A DNA stretch of 63,703 nt, filler included, from Octopus bimaculoides (Eukaryota): assembly GCF_001194135.2 (NCBI RefSeq). It is 5 parts of 4 records of this genome, joined end to end, with 100 filler letters (N's around TTAATTAATTAA, not from the genome) between each part and the next. Parts side by side here need not be neighbours in the genome. Positions count along the whole stretch, not along the records: positions 1 to 13,728 come from NC_069004.1; 4 more parts are not named here. One strand, 5' to 3'. Below the pieces are notes generated by a model that worked only from the letters and a program-made list of their open reading frames with translations, had not been told where the DNA came from and did not search any database. Position numbers and translations under genes: made by a program. Shown here piece by piece: positions 1-11,970 of this stretch; the first letter of the stretch is position 1; the number at the start of each line of letters is the position of its first letter.

Positions 1-31
<31 letters not shown>

Positions 32-32
32 T

Positions 33-163
33 ACGATGGGCTTCTTTCAGTTTCCGTCTACCAAATCCACTCACAAGGTTTTGGTCGGCCCGAGGCTATA
101 GTAGAAGACACTTGCCCAAGGTGCCACGCAGTGGGACTGAACCCAGAACCATGTGGTTGGTAA
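33..163 (-). mobile_element. SINE family B (tRNA-derived head plus CORE-like body), 5' half
   Basis: Reverse complement contains the B box ggttcagtccc and ccttgggcaagtgtcttct; matches the other copies in the window. Confidence 0.8.
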
Positions 164-504
164 CCGGATCTCGGGATTCATTAGAATATCGCCCATGTGA
201 TCAACAACCAGGATCTTCTGTTATGTAAAGTATATATACTGAAAGGACATATAGTGTGTGCAAGTGTTTGTCTTTTGTGTGTCTGCTTTGTTTCCCGCGT
301 TGACAACTTCATATTCTTTTTGTTGTTTAATCACAACAGCTACTTGTAACTCTTGTACTCGAGGTCACATATCCTCCTTCGAAGTCCTTTTGATTAACGT
401 TTTGTTACAAATGTCCTTTTTAACATTGTAATATAAATGACTGCTGACCACTTTAGTTGCATTAGTATCCCCTATGCATAGAGATATGAAAGTGTGTGTG
501 TGTT

Positions 505-1541
505 TTGGGTCATCCTATAAATAATGCATTTTTTTTCAATTGCATGAACTGAAAGTCAAAAGGGGAGCAGGATAAACTACTTACATCAACTTGCTATAAA
601 AGCAGGTAGTAATTTTCCCTTAGTTCTATTCTTAGTGCAAGTTTTGAAGAGTACAGTTTGATTTTAACAGTTATTTTTTCAAAGCTATGATGGAAGTGAC
701 AAAGGAATATATTCGGCATATTTTGCTTTATGAGTTCAATAAAGGCAACAGCGCAACAAAAAGTGCGAGGAATATTAATGCAGTATATATGGGGATCGGA
801 CAATAAGCATAAACCAGTGTCAATAGTTGTTCCAGAAATTCCAAGCCAGAAACTACAGCCTAGAAGATGAGCCTCGTCCTGGAAGATCTGTAGAGCTCAA
901 CGAGGATGTCTTGCAAACCCTGGTGGAACAAAATCTCATCATAACTGTTGGGAAACTAGCAGAGAAGCTTGGATTTGGTCAGTCAACCATTCATTGACAG
1001 CTGCATGCCATTTCGGAAGTGAACAAATTTGGTCAGTGGGTTCTTCACAAACTTTCCGAGTCTAAATACACACACAGAGTGAATGTGTGCTCTTCTTTAC
1101 TGTCACATCACACAAATGAACCTTTTTTGGACTGAATAGTGACTAGTGACAAAAAATAGGTTCTCTATAAAAATGTCAAGTGTCGAAGACAGTGGGTAGG
1201 GAAAAGGAGAAACACTGGCACCCCAGGCTAAAGAAAATCTTCGCCGACGTAAGGTATTGTTATCTATTTGGTGGGATATGAAAGGCTTAGTCCACTTTGA
1301 ACTTTTAAAACCCAAACCAGGGGATCCACTGCAAGCAGCTTGAGTGGCTTAAGTCAGCCCTAGGAAAAAGCGACCATCTTTGGTTTCAAGATAAAAGATG
1401 TTCTTCTATCAGGATAATGTTCGGCCACATACAGTGAGGATGACATTCCAAAGACTGAAGCAGTTTGAATGGGAAACGATGCCCCACTTACCATATTCAT
1501 CAGACATTGCTCCATCTGATTGTCATTTATTTCGCAGCCTG
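505..1541 (+). mobile_element. Tc1/mariner (mariner-type) DNA transposon, decayed and 3'-truncated
   Basis: Putative left TIR ttgggtcatcctataaataatgc at 505. Disrupted transposase from ATG 687: MMEVTKEYIRHILLYEFNKG, EDEPRPGR, GQWVLHKL, VTSDKK, YQDNVRPH, YSSDIAPSDCHLFRSL. Has stops and frameshifts and is cut off by (TA)n. Confidence 0.88.
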
Positions 1542-1922
1542 TACATATATATATATATATATATATAATTAATAATATTGAAAGGAAATAGAAATATTAG
1601 AAATTTCTACTACCAGTGGCCTAGCGTGTAAAAATTTAGTCCAAAGACTATATATTATTCATATAAGTACAGTGTACATTTAAACACATAAGAGGTATCC
1701 ATCATAGGATTCTCTCATGCTAGAAAGAACAGCTAAGTTCCAAACCACTATTAGGGATAATCTTTCTCAAATCTCATCCAATAAACCTTGAGTGAAGAAG
1801 CGCAAAAATAATGAACAAACTTGTATAAGACTCCATGACTTACTAGAGATAGCAACCAAATCTCCCTTGTTTATTCATTGTCTGAGTAAAAAGGTTAGGT
1901 TAACCTAAAGCTAAATAACATC

Positions 1923-1953
<31 letters not shown>

Positions 1954-2237
1954 CCACCAGCAGTGACCTTGTTCCATTTTAAGTAAATGTTATTATATCA
2001 CAACAGCTTGTGTTATTTTTGTCTGCCGTATCATCAATGTCGGCATGTCGTGATGGAAAGGGGAGATGTGGACTGTCTCAACGCCCACGCATTAAATAGA
2101 CTGGTAACATGTCTCATGGTGTATGTGACTGCATGTTGCAAAGGACTGTTGTAGTTGAAGAGCAAACTGAAAGGAATCTCAGGTGACATAGGGGTGGTGG
2201 TGACAGGGTAGTCTTACTCTCTCTGTCTAGTCAAACG

Positions 2238-2299
<62 letters not shown>

Positions 2300-3149
2300 N
2301 NNNNNNNNNNNNNNNNNNNNNNNNNNNNNNNNNNNNNNNNNNNNNNNNNNNNNNNNNNNNNNNNNNNNNNNNNNNNNNNNNNNNNNNNNNNNNNNNNNNN
2401 NNNNNNNNNNNNNNNNNNNNNNNNNNNNNNNNNNNNNNNNNNNNNNNNNNNNNNNNNNNNNNNNNNNNNNNNNNNNNNNNNNNNNNNNNNNNNNNNNNNN
2501 NNNNNNNNNNNNNNNNNNNNNNNNNNNNNNNNNNNNNNNNNNNNNNNNNNNNNNNNNNNNNNNNNNNNNNNNNNNNNNNNNNNNNNNNNNNNNNNNNNNN
2601 GGGGGGGGGGGTCAATAAAATAAGCACCTGTCAATTACCAGGGTCAGTGTACTTGACTGGCCCCTCCCCTCAATTTTAAGGCCTTGGGCCTCTAGCAGAA
2701 AGTAGTAGTAGTAGTAGTAGTGTATGCTAACAGCTATTGTCAACACATCTAACTCTTTATACATAACATCTACTACCTATTTTTTCTCTCCTTTTTCCCT
2801 CGTCAGCTCATAAGAATGTCATTTTGTGACAGTTTTGTTACACATTGTGCAGACAATAAAAATATTTAAACTTTATTTTAATCCCTCAAAGCCATTACCA
2901 TTTATGATGTTCAAACAGTGTTGTGTATCCGTGTGTAAATGTGTTATAGATAGAGAGCTGTTTGTTTTGCTAAGATTTAACATTTCGGCATTGTTTATAA
3001 TACTTGTATTAGGTATGTTAATCAATTTTAATGCAATAAAATATTGTCTTGCTTAACTATTTTGTTACTATATTTCTGTTGTAATACATTACGTTTGTTT
3101 TAAGTAATTTTCAAAATAAGGAAGAGGTTATTCAATTAACTTTGCCATT

Positions 3150-3363
3150 AGGCGCAAGCATGGCTATATGGTAAGAAGCTTGCTTCCAAACCACATGGTT
3201 CCAGGTTCATTCCTACTGCATGACACTTTGGGCAGGTATCTTTTACTATAGTCTCAAGCTGACCAAGGCCTTGTGAGTGGATTTGGTACACGGAAACTGA
3301 AAGAGGCCTATCATGTATGTGTGTGTCTGTGTTTGTCCCCCCATCACTGTTTGACAGCCAGTG
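3150..3363 (+). mobile_element. SINE family B, 5' half plus start of the 3' half
   Basis: ggcgcaagcatggctatatggtaagaagcttgc (A box), ggttcattcc (B box), body, short TG tract, then tgtttgtccccccatc. Confidence 0.8.
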
Positions 3364-3369
3364 ATGATA

Positions 3370-3544
3370 GGTGAGCTGGCAGAATCATTAGCACGCCAGG
3401 TGAAATGCTTAGCGGTATTTCGTCTGTCTTTATGCTCTGAGTTCAAATTCCACCGAGGTCGACTTTGCCTTTCATCCTTTTGGGGGTCGATAAATTAAGT
3501 ACCAGTTACACACTGGGGTCAATGTTATCGACTTAATCCCTTTG
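3370..3544 (+). mobile_element. SINE family A
   Basis: gagctggcagaatc.ttagc, gagttcaaattcc (B box), gcctttcatccttt.ggggtcgataaattaagtacc. Confidence 0.85.
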
Positions 3545-3639
3545 ATCTCAAAACATTGACCCTTACAAAGGAAATGACAGAAGACCAAGGTATGTAGCAC
3601 ATTGCTGTACTTGAGAAGACCTGCTCACCACAACGAATT

Positions 3640-3880
3640 GAGATCCTAAAACCAAGGTACCACAGTGTGGGTGCTGGTGCCACTTAAAAAGCACTGGTGA
3701 TGGTGCCGCATAAAAAAAAACACCTAGCACACTCTGTGGAATGGTTAGTATTAGGAAGGGCATCCAGTTGTAGAAACCAAGCCAAAACAGACTGTGGAAC
3801 TTGGTGCAGCCCTTGGCCCTGCCAGTTCCTGTCAAGCTACCCAACACATTCCAGCATGGATAACAGATGTTGATGATGAT
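3640..3880 (+). mobile_element. SINE/non-autonomous family D 3' part with a (GAT)n tail
   Basis: ttaggaagggcatccag.tgtagaaa motif and an RTE-like end before gatgatgat. Shared with 7928-7990 and 8765-9050. Confidence 0.6.
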
Positions 3881-4308
3881 GATGATCAGTGCCAATTCCC
3901 ATGAGATCTTGCCATAGAACCATAGAAAGGTACAGTCCATTTTGCCATGTAGAAGCACAAATAAGTACCACTGAAAGATGAAGACTATATACAGCTGAAA
4001 CACTGTATGACTGATATGTGTGTTCCTAACTTTGTGTAAAGTTGAGTGAAGAATAGGCCACAAATGCTTGGCTTATGCGATAACATAGCCTGAAGTTTAA
4101 AGTTTTCAATGTGGCATTAATGACTTCAGTGCTGTGGCCTTGAGATAGAAATATAAGACATATGATACATTTTAATTACTTCCTCCTATTGTGTAAGCAA
4201 AAGCAAGATTCTAATTGAACAACTGTAAGCTTTATTATTTTTTTCTACTGTTTCTTATTACTGTTATTTATTATTATTATTATTATTAGTAGTAGTAGTA
4301 GTAGTAGT

Positions 4309-4551
4309 AAAGCAGTGAGCTGGCAGAAATGTTAGCATGCTGGACAAATGCTTTGTGGTATTTTGTCACGGTGTCCTGAGTTCAAATTCAGCCGCGGTCA
4401 CTTTTGCCTTTCATCTTTTTGGGGTCCATGAATTAAGTACCAGTGAAACACTGGGGTCAATGTAATCAACTAGTCCCCTCCCCCAAAATCTCAGGCCTTG
4501 TGCCTTTAGTAGAAAGGATTATTATTATTATTATTATTATTATTATGATTA

Positions 4552-4615
<64 letters not shown>

Positions 4616-5140
4616 AAGTGGCAAGGTAGCAGAATCATTACCATGCTAGGTAATGTGCTTAGTTTAGTGGCATTTTGTCTGTTGCTATGTTCTAAGTTCA
4701 AATTCCACCCAGGTCAACTTTGTCTTTTATCCATTCAGGGTCGATAAATTAAGCACCAGTGAAACATTTTGCCCAATGTAATAACGATTCTGCCGGCTCA
4801 CCGCCTTATTTAGCGAGTGGACCTTGACAGGGTTTGAACTCACAATACCAAAAGCCTCAAGAAACACTTTGAGGTATTTTGTACAAAGCCCTAATGATTC
4901 TGCCTGCTTGCCACCTTAATAACAATAATGATTTCACATTTTGGCACAAGGCCAGCAATTTTGGGAGAGGGGTTAAGTCGATTATATTGACCCCCAATAT
5001 TCAACTGGTATTTATTTTATTGATCCCGAAAGGATGAAAGGCAGTGTTGACATCAGCTGAATTTGAACTCAGAACATAAAAGTGCTGGACAAAATGCTGC
5101 TAAGAATTTTGTCTGGCATGCTAACAATTCTGCCATCTCT
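4309..5140. mobile_element. Cluster of SINE family A copies (+4309-4519, +4617-4780, -4790-4915, -4930-5140)
   Basis: Repeated matches to the family A consensus in both orientations, separated by (ATT)n tails. Confidence 0.8.
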
Positions 5141-5199
5141 TATTTAGGTACAAAGTAGTAAATTAAAAGGAAACGAGTAGAAACAAATGAATTGACCCC

Positions 5200-5270
<71 letters not shown>

Positions 5271-5561
5271 TCCAGCAGAAGAATGGTGCTCATTTTGAAC
5301 CTCAACCCTCTCCTCCTTCTCGAAAAGTGAATAAAAGGTCAAAGCAATTTGGATGGAATTTAAAATACCAGTGAGTCAAAAGTAAATATTTTGTCTGTCT
5401 CTCTACTAAATACTATGTTAAAACAAACACATCTAATTCGGAAAAGCATGGAAAAACAGACAAAATTTTCGACACACACACTTTTTTATGATTCTGCTTT
5501 GCCATGGCAGTACCAGTAACCAGTTGTTAGAACTCTGAACAGTTATAATGCACAGTATTCT

Positions 5562-5976
5562 TTTCTACTCTAGGCACAAGGCCTGAAAATTTGGGGGAGG
5601 CGGGGACCAGTTGATTAGATCGACCCCAGTATGCAACTGGTACTTAATTTATCGACCCCGAAAGGATGAAAGGCAAAGTCGATAATGCACAGTATTACTA
5701 GGCTCCAATGATGAGGTGGTGTGACTGCAATAAGATTTTCTGCTCCTGACTCTAATATAAGCCAGAAGATAAGTACAGAGCATAATATTGCTTTCAAATT
5801 TAGACTCAAGGCCAGGGAGTAAGTTGATTATATTGGCGCCAGTGTTCAACTGGTACTTATTTTATCTATGCTGAAAGAATGGAAGGCAAACTCAACCTCA
5901 GCAGAATTTGAACGGCGGACAAAATGCCACTAAGCACTTTGCCCAGCATGCAAACGGTTCTACCAGCTCACCACCC
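5562..5976 (-). mobile_element. Two SINE family A copies (5562-5690 truncated; 5780-5976)
   Basis: Reverse-complement family A core (ctggtacttaatttatcgaccccgaaaggatgaaaggcaaag). Confidence 0.75.
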
Positions 5977-6105
5977 TACATAGCTCCATAAAATAAATAA
6001 TGTGACACATGAACCTGTGTCCATTATAACCTTCGAACAGGGGAGGGTCAGCTGCTTCCCCTTGCTGGTCTGGCATCTACAGGGTGTTTCAGGGTGTTTG
6101 CCCCT

Positions 6106-6338
6106 TATTTCTTTATTGCCCACAAGGGGCTAAACATAGAGGGGACGAACAAGAACAGACAAAGGGATTAAGTCGATTATACTGAACCCAGTGCATAACT
6201 GGTACTTAATTTATCGACCCCGAAAGGATAAAAGGCAAAGTTGACCTCAGCGGAATTTGAACTCAGAACGTGAAGACAGACGAAATACCGCTAAGCATTT
6301 CGCCCGGCGTGCTAACGTTACTGCCAGCTCGCCGCCTT
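6106..6338 (-). mobile_element. SINE family A, full length and young-looking
   Basis: Near-consensus copy, very similar to 17478-17712, 57766-57990 and 58528-58760. Confidence 0.9.
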
Positions 6339-7679
6339 CTAAGGGTGGTTGCCCCTTATCAATGTAGAGCAGCCAAACCCAGCAGGTGTCACTACTGACC
6401 ATCTATAGATGTAGTAGATACTTTTAGCTAGTGCAGTGAACATATACACAAGACCTACTTAACATTAGGTGACCTCAGCCAGTAAAAGTTGTTTTTATTT
6501 GCTCAGCTCAAGACCTGTTACAGATGTACAGTCCATCATCCCTTTAGCTTAACATGCAATCATCTGTGTCCGATTTTACCACTGTGACCCCACTGCCACC
6601 AACAACATCAAAAACTTCAACCCCACTTACAACCTTATAAAAACAAGTTTCTCAACTGTAAAATAGACAGCAATCTTGAAAAGTGACTTCACATCAGATT
6701 CAGTCGTTTATTTTTTCTTTCATGGTGATGTGTTTACGATGAATAAAACAGGTCGTTCGTCGTCTCTGCCGTTGCTGCTGGTGTTCCTGGCCTCTCAGAT
6801 ATAAATATATAATCATGTAAAGAAGCGTGTAGCCTTGTACCCTCTATCTTTAATCTTTCAATAAGTGGTTTTAATCGTGGTTAGTCACTTTCGACTTCCT
6901 TATCGTTACTTACTTGTTCACCTCCTGGTCCTCCACAATGTCAATTGCTTTTGAGTGGGGGGGTGGAGTAGGGTGAGTAAGTACATCTTGTGGTAGGAGG
7001 GGCAAGTTCTACTTATATAGGCACTTGTGCACACACACACACACACACACACACTTATACATGCACGCCATACATCATACATACATGCACAACATGCATA
7101 CAGGCCCACCACATGCTCACACACACATGCATACCACATACATNNNNNNNNNNGCCCACCACATGCTCACACACACATGCATACCACATACATACATACA
7201 CAACACACACCTACACACATACATATGCACACCACACACCTTACGCACACAGTAACCACTATCACCCGATTTATAGCAAGCAAAAAGATCTCAAGATACC
7301 TTTGGTGCTTTCCACACGGTCCTCCCTATCTGTGTAGTTTGCTGAATATCTGCACGTGGAGGCATCAACACATATACTCAGATGCTCCAGCACTGCCAGT
7401 CGCAGGAGTTGTTACTAGTAACAGATTTCAGAGGAAATATTTATTGTCCTAACAGACATTTTGCTGTATAAATGTCACCTAATTAGTGTAAAAAAAATAG
7501 ATGGTTAACTGTCCACTTTCCCAACTTTGCATAGATCTTTGCCTTTTTTTAAAATAGTGGGATGTTATTTTAAGGATATTTGGTTACTGGTGTTGTAGGG
7601 GTGTACGCAGCACGTGTACTACAGCAGTACTATGTGTAGCTTAAATCCTGAGGTTGAAAACCAGGGGTGAATTATACTC

Positions 7680-7887
7680 TCTCTCTCTTTTACTCTTTTA
7701 CTTGTTTCAGTCATTTTGACTGCAGCCATGCTGGAGCACCGCCTTTCGTCGAGCACATAGACCCCAGGACTTATTCTTTGTAAGCCTAGTACTTATTCTA
7801 TCGGTCTCTTTTTGCCGAACCGCTAAGTTACAGGGACGTAAACACACCAGCATCGGTTGTCAAGCGATGGTGGGGGGACAAACACAG

Positions 7888-7900
<13 letters not shown>
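7680..7900 (-). mobile_element. SINE family B, 3' half
   Basis: Reverse complement: tgtttgtcccccc..cgcttgacaaccgatg..cttagcggttcggcaaaa..ccagcatgg..gactgaaacaagtaaaagag. Confidence 0.8.
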
Positions 7901-7932
<32 letters not shown>

Positions 7933-8764
7933 AGGAAGGGCATCCAGCTGTAGAAACTCTGCCAGATCAGATTGGAGCCTGGTGTAGCCTNNNNNNNNNN
8001 NNNNNNNNNNNNNNNNNNNNNNNNNNNNNNNNNNNNNNNNNNNNNNNNNNNNNNNNNNNNNNNNNNNNNNNNNNNNNNNNNNNNNNNNNNNNNNNNNNNN
8101 NNNNNNNNNNNNNNNNNNNNNNNNNNNNNNNNNNNNNNNNNNNNNNNNNNNNNNNNNNNNNNNNNNNNNNNNNNNNNNNNNNNNNNNNNNNNNNNNNNNN
8201 NNNNNNNNNNNNNNNNNNNNNNNNNNNNNNNNNNNNNNNNNNNNNNNNNNNNNNNNNNNNNNNNNNNNNNNNNNNNNNNNNNNNNNNNNNNNNNNNNNNN
8301 NNNNNNNNNNNNNNNNNNNNNNNNNNNNNNNNNNNNNNNNNNNNNNNNNNNNNNNNNNNNNNNNNNNNNNNNNNNNNNNNNNNNNNNNNNNNNNNNNNNN
8401 NNNNNNNNNNNNNNNNNNNNNNNNNNNNNNNNNNNNNNNNNNNNNNNNNNNNNNNNNNNNNNNNNNNNNNNNNNNNNNNNNNNNNNNNNNNNNNNNNNNN
8501 NNNNNNNNNNNNNNNNNNNNNNNNNNNNNNNNNNNNNNNNNNNNNNNNNNNNNNNNNNNNNNNNNNNNNNNNNNNNNNNNNNNNNNNNNNNNNNNNNNNN
8601 NNNNNNNNNNNNNNNNNNNNNNNNNNNNNNNNNNNNNNNNNNNNNNNNNNNNNNNNNNNNNNNNNNNNNNNNNNNNNNNNNNNNNNNNNNNNNNNNNNTC
8701 AAAATAAACTGAAACAAAAGCAGTATATTTCAATAGAAATATGGTAAACAAAAGGGTTTTGTGA

Positions 8765-9050
8765 TATCATCATCATCATCATCATCGTTTAACGTCCGCT
8801 TTCCATCCTAGCATGGGTTGGACGATTTGACTGAGGACTGGTGAAACCAGATGGCTACACCAGGCTCCAATCTGATTTGGAAGAGTTTCTACAGCTGGAT
8901 GCCCTTCCTAATGCCAACCACTCTGAGAGTGTAGTGGGTGCTTTTACGTGCCACCTGCACGAAGGCCAGTCAGGTGGTACTGGCAACGGCCACGCTCAAG
9001 ATGGTGTATTTTACGTGCCACCTGCACAGGAGCCAGTCCAGCGGCACTGG
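8765..9050 (-). mobile_element. SINE/non-autonomous family D copy
   Basis: (CAT)n followed by cgtttaacgtccgctttccat...ggatgcccttcctaa; inverted relative to 7928-7990. Confidence 0.7.
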
Positions 9051-10149
9051 CACGAAGGATGAGTATCTTTAACCAAGTGGAAACATAGTTTAATTACTAT
9101 TAGTATTGTCTCACTGTACTATTACTATTAGTACTGTCTCACTGCTGAAGACTGGGTACTTGGATTTCTTGGAGGTAATATCTATTGATTTCCACCAAGA
9201 CATTCCTGTACTCTGTGACTAAACTTCATATTATCAGAACAGGTGTTTTATTCAGTTGTAATCTGAAGACACAACAGGCGAGGAGACATCGGCTGTTCCA
9301 ACCATCTCTCAGTGAACATTATGTCATCTTTTACCCAGACATTTGTGTTTCTCCGCCCATAAATTTAAAACAGAAATTCTCTCTGTCTCCACGTTGGTTG
9401 TGAATAATAGTAACATTATAGTTTGTTATGTAAAGATGCGTTTGAAGAAAGAGTATTGTTTTTTTGAGAGCTGCATCTGTTAAAGAGGAGACAGTAACTT
9501 GGCGGGTACAAACACCTGCCTGTTGTGTGTACGTTGAAGTTCATTGTTTTGGTTTCTTTATTTCTTCCTTCTCAGGTATTACATTCGTTGTTCAGTAGAG
9601 GTAGCACAATGGTGAAGGCTGGTTCATTGGTTAATTGGCTGGTTGGTTGTTTAGTTGGTTGGCTGCTTAAATAATTTGTAAAAAAAATAAGGTGTTTTTT
9701 TTATTCTTGATACCATCCATTGTCAAAATAAGTATAGAAACTAACAAGACACCTGCCTGCTCTTAAATTTCATCTCTCTTCCTCCTCCTCCCCCTGCCCT
9801 AGCATTGAAATTCTATAGGATTCATATAGAACATTTCCCTAACCCTTTTAATGCTATTTTGTTATTATCCGATCTCATTAAGGAATCTACCAATTTGTTG
9901 GTAACAGTACCTAGGCCCTTTTGAGCAGGATGGGCTACTCAACCCAAAGAAAATTCTATCTGGGCCCTACTTACAAGGTCATGTGCTGTTCATCTTGATA
10001 TGGGATTACTGTGTCACACACAGGGTTGTGATGCATGTACCTGGTGTACTCTTATCAGATGGGTCGTTATGATGGGTATTGGACTTCATATATTTGTACC
10101 CCAGCATCACTTTGATGGCATGCACTGTTCTCTCACTCAATAATAATAA

Positions 10150-11218
10150 TAATAATTTCTACTATAGACACAAGGCCTGGAATTTGTGAGGAGGGGGATC
10201 GTCAATCGCCCCAGTGTTCAGCTGGTAGTTATTTTATCATCTCTGAAAGGATAAAAGGCAAAGTCAACTTTGGCAGAATTTGAACTCAGAACATAAAGAC
10301 AGATGAAATGCCACTAAACATTTTGCCTGGTGTGCTAATGGATCTGCCAGTTCACCGCCTTCAGCAAATAGACCAGATATAGTTGTCAAAGATCATGAAG
10401 AAAAAAAATGCTTTCTAATTGATGTATCAATACCAGCAGATGACAACGTTTCTCTAAAAGAAATGGAAAAACTTTCAAAATACAAAGACCTGGAAATAGA
10501 GATAACTCGAATGTGGAATCTAAAAACAGAAACAATTCCTATCATAGTAGGTGCCTTAGGTATAATAAAAAAATATTCAGACAAATACATAACAAAAATA
10601 GCAGGACTTACAAATATATATAACATACAGAAAATTGCACTACTGGGTACTGCACACATTCTACGCAAAACACTTTCAATACAGTAAACATAAGAGCACC
10701 ACAGCAAACCACAGCACATACCCAAGGCGCACAGAGCTGCGCTCGGTAGTGAAGTGAAAGCACGTTATAAAAATAAAACTACTGAATAATAATAATAATA
10801 ATAATCATAATCATCATCATCATCATCATCATCATCCTTTCTGCTATAGGCACAGGACCTGAAATTTGGTGGGAGAGGACAAGTCAATTACATTGACCTT
10901 AGTGTGTAACTGGTACTTATTTAATCAACCCCGAAAGGATGAAGAGCAAGTCGACCTTGGTGGAATTTGAACCCAGAACATAACAATGATAATAATAATA
11001 ATCCTTTCTACTATATACACAAGGTCTGAAATTTTCGGGGTGGGGTCTAGTCGATTATATCGACTCCAGTATTTCACTGGTACTTAATTTATCGACCCTG
11101 AAAGGATGAAAGGCAAAGTCGACCTCAGCAGAATTTGAACTCAGAACGTAGCAACGAGTGAAATACCGCTAAGCATTTTGTCTGGCATGCTAACAATTCT
11201 GCCAGCTCACTGCCTTAT
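10150..11218 (-). mobile_element. Three SINE family A copies (10150-10360, 10835-10985, 11000-11218) around the RLE LINE fragment
   Basis: Reverse-complement matches to the family A consensus with (AAT)n tails. Confidence 0.8.
10361..10790 (+). mobile_element. 5'-truncated R4/Dong-type non-LTR retrotransposon 3' end (restriction-like endonuclease domain)
   Basis: Open frame 10361-10687: NRPDIVVKDHEEKKCFLIDVSIP..KLSKYKDLEIEITRMW..PIIVGALG..LGTAHILRKTL, the PD-(D/E)xK RLE motif. Followed by a short 3' UTR and an (AAT)n tail. Confidence 0.85.
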
Positions 11219-11683
11219 TAATAATAATAATAATAATCATAATAATAATAATAATAATAATGATGTTAGTTTCATATTCTTTCTCATTTACATTGTTGTT
11301 TCAGTTGGCTCTGGCTATGATAGAAATATTGGTGCTGATGGTGCTAGTTTGAGCCAATGGTGGGACAAACTGTATCCAAATTTATTCTTTCTTTAATCTA
11401 ATTCCTTGTCGAAGAATTCAGCACCCTGGTTTGTCTCAAATATGGTCAGTTTGAAGGGCTGGAATTGAATGATGCTAAGTTCACAAAAATTTGTTAGCTT
11501 ACAAAAGTACAGTATAACAAAATATGGGAATATTTTTTTAAATGCTTGCTGAGCTATCGCCCATGCATCATAAATCTTCTCTTTTCAAGTGTTAATAATA
11601 TGTATACATTTATATATATATATTATGGAGATGTACTTGCATAGCAAGCAACCTGATCTGAGTTCGTGTACTGGAATGAAAAC

Positions 11684-11960
11684 AATTGCAGCGTGGAAGG
11701 TGTTTATAAGCCATTTAAGAAACACACAAAAACCGTCAGATTCACTTCAACATTTAAATTTAATTTGCCAAAATATTTTCATCGCTTCTGAGAAAGTAAC
11801 AGTTACTTTCTCAGATGCAGCACAGAATTTTGTCAGTGAACAGGTCGCGGTCTCAAAGCAACGAAAATATTTTGACAAATTAAATTTAAATGTTGAAGTG
11901 AATCTAACTGATTTTGTGTGTTATTTTAAATGGCTTATAAACACCTTCCACGCTGCAATT
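11684..11960. repeat. Foldback element 1: ~110-bp inverted arms with a nested 14-bp hairpin
   Basis: 11684-11793 is the reverse complement of 11851-11960 with scattered mismatches. Inner perfect hairpin tctgagaaagtaac-a-gttactttctcaga at 11787-11815. Confidence 0.9.
11829..11879 (+). ncRNA. Candidate minimal type-I hammerhead ribozyme, G3-C8 core variant (Penelope-like)
   Basis: Stem I TTTGTCA/TGACAAA (7 bp); core GTGAACA; one extra G; stem II GTCGC/GCAAC (4 of 5 pairs); GAA; palindromic AATATT stem III; U17. Assigned by eye; activity unknown. Confidence 0.5.
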
Positions 11961-11970
11961 ATATATATAT

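Noticed and set aside
7928-9050. Inverted pair of family D repeats around a 700-N gap
   Set aside because: Ordinary independent copies, and orientation across a gap is not reliable.
9549-9700. Strong polypyrimidine tract plus CAG at 9575 (and a similar one at 2806)
   Set aside because: No coding frame or good donor follows. It could be a UTR or terminal exon, but this cannot be supported without RNA data.
11178-11396. ORF containing GSGYD, a possible TM1 exon of the transporter
   Set aside because: It starts in a SINE and an (AAT)n tract, the context does not match GGFLFGYDTG, and there is no suitable donor before the stop.
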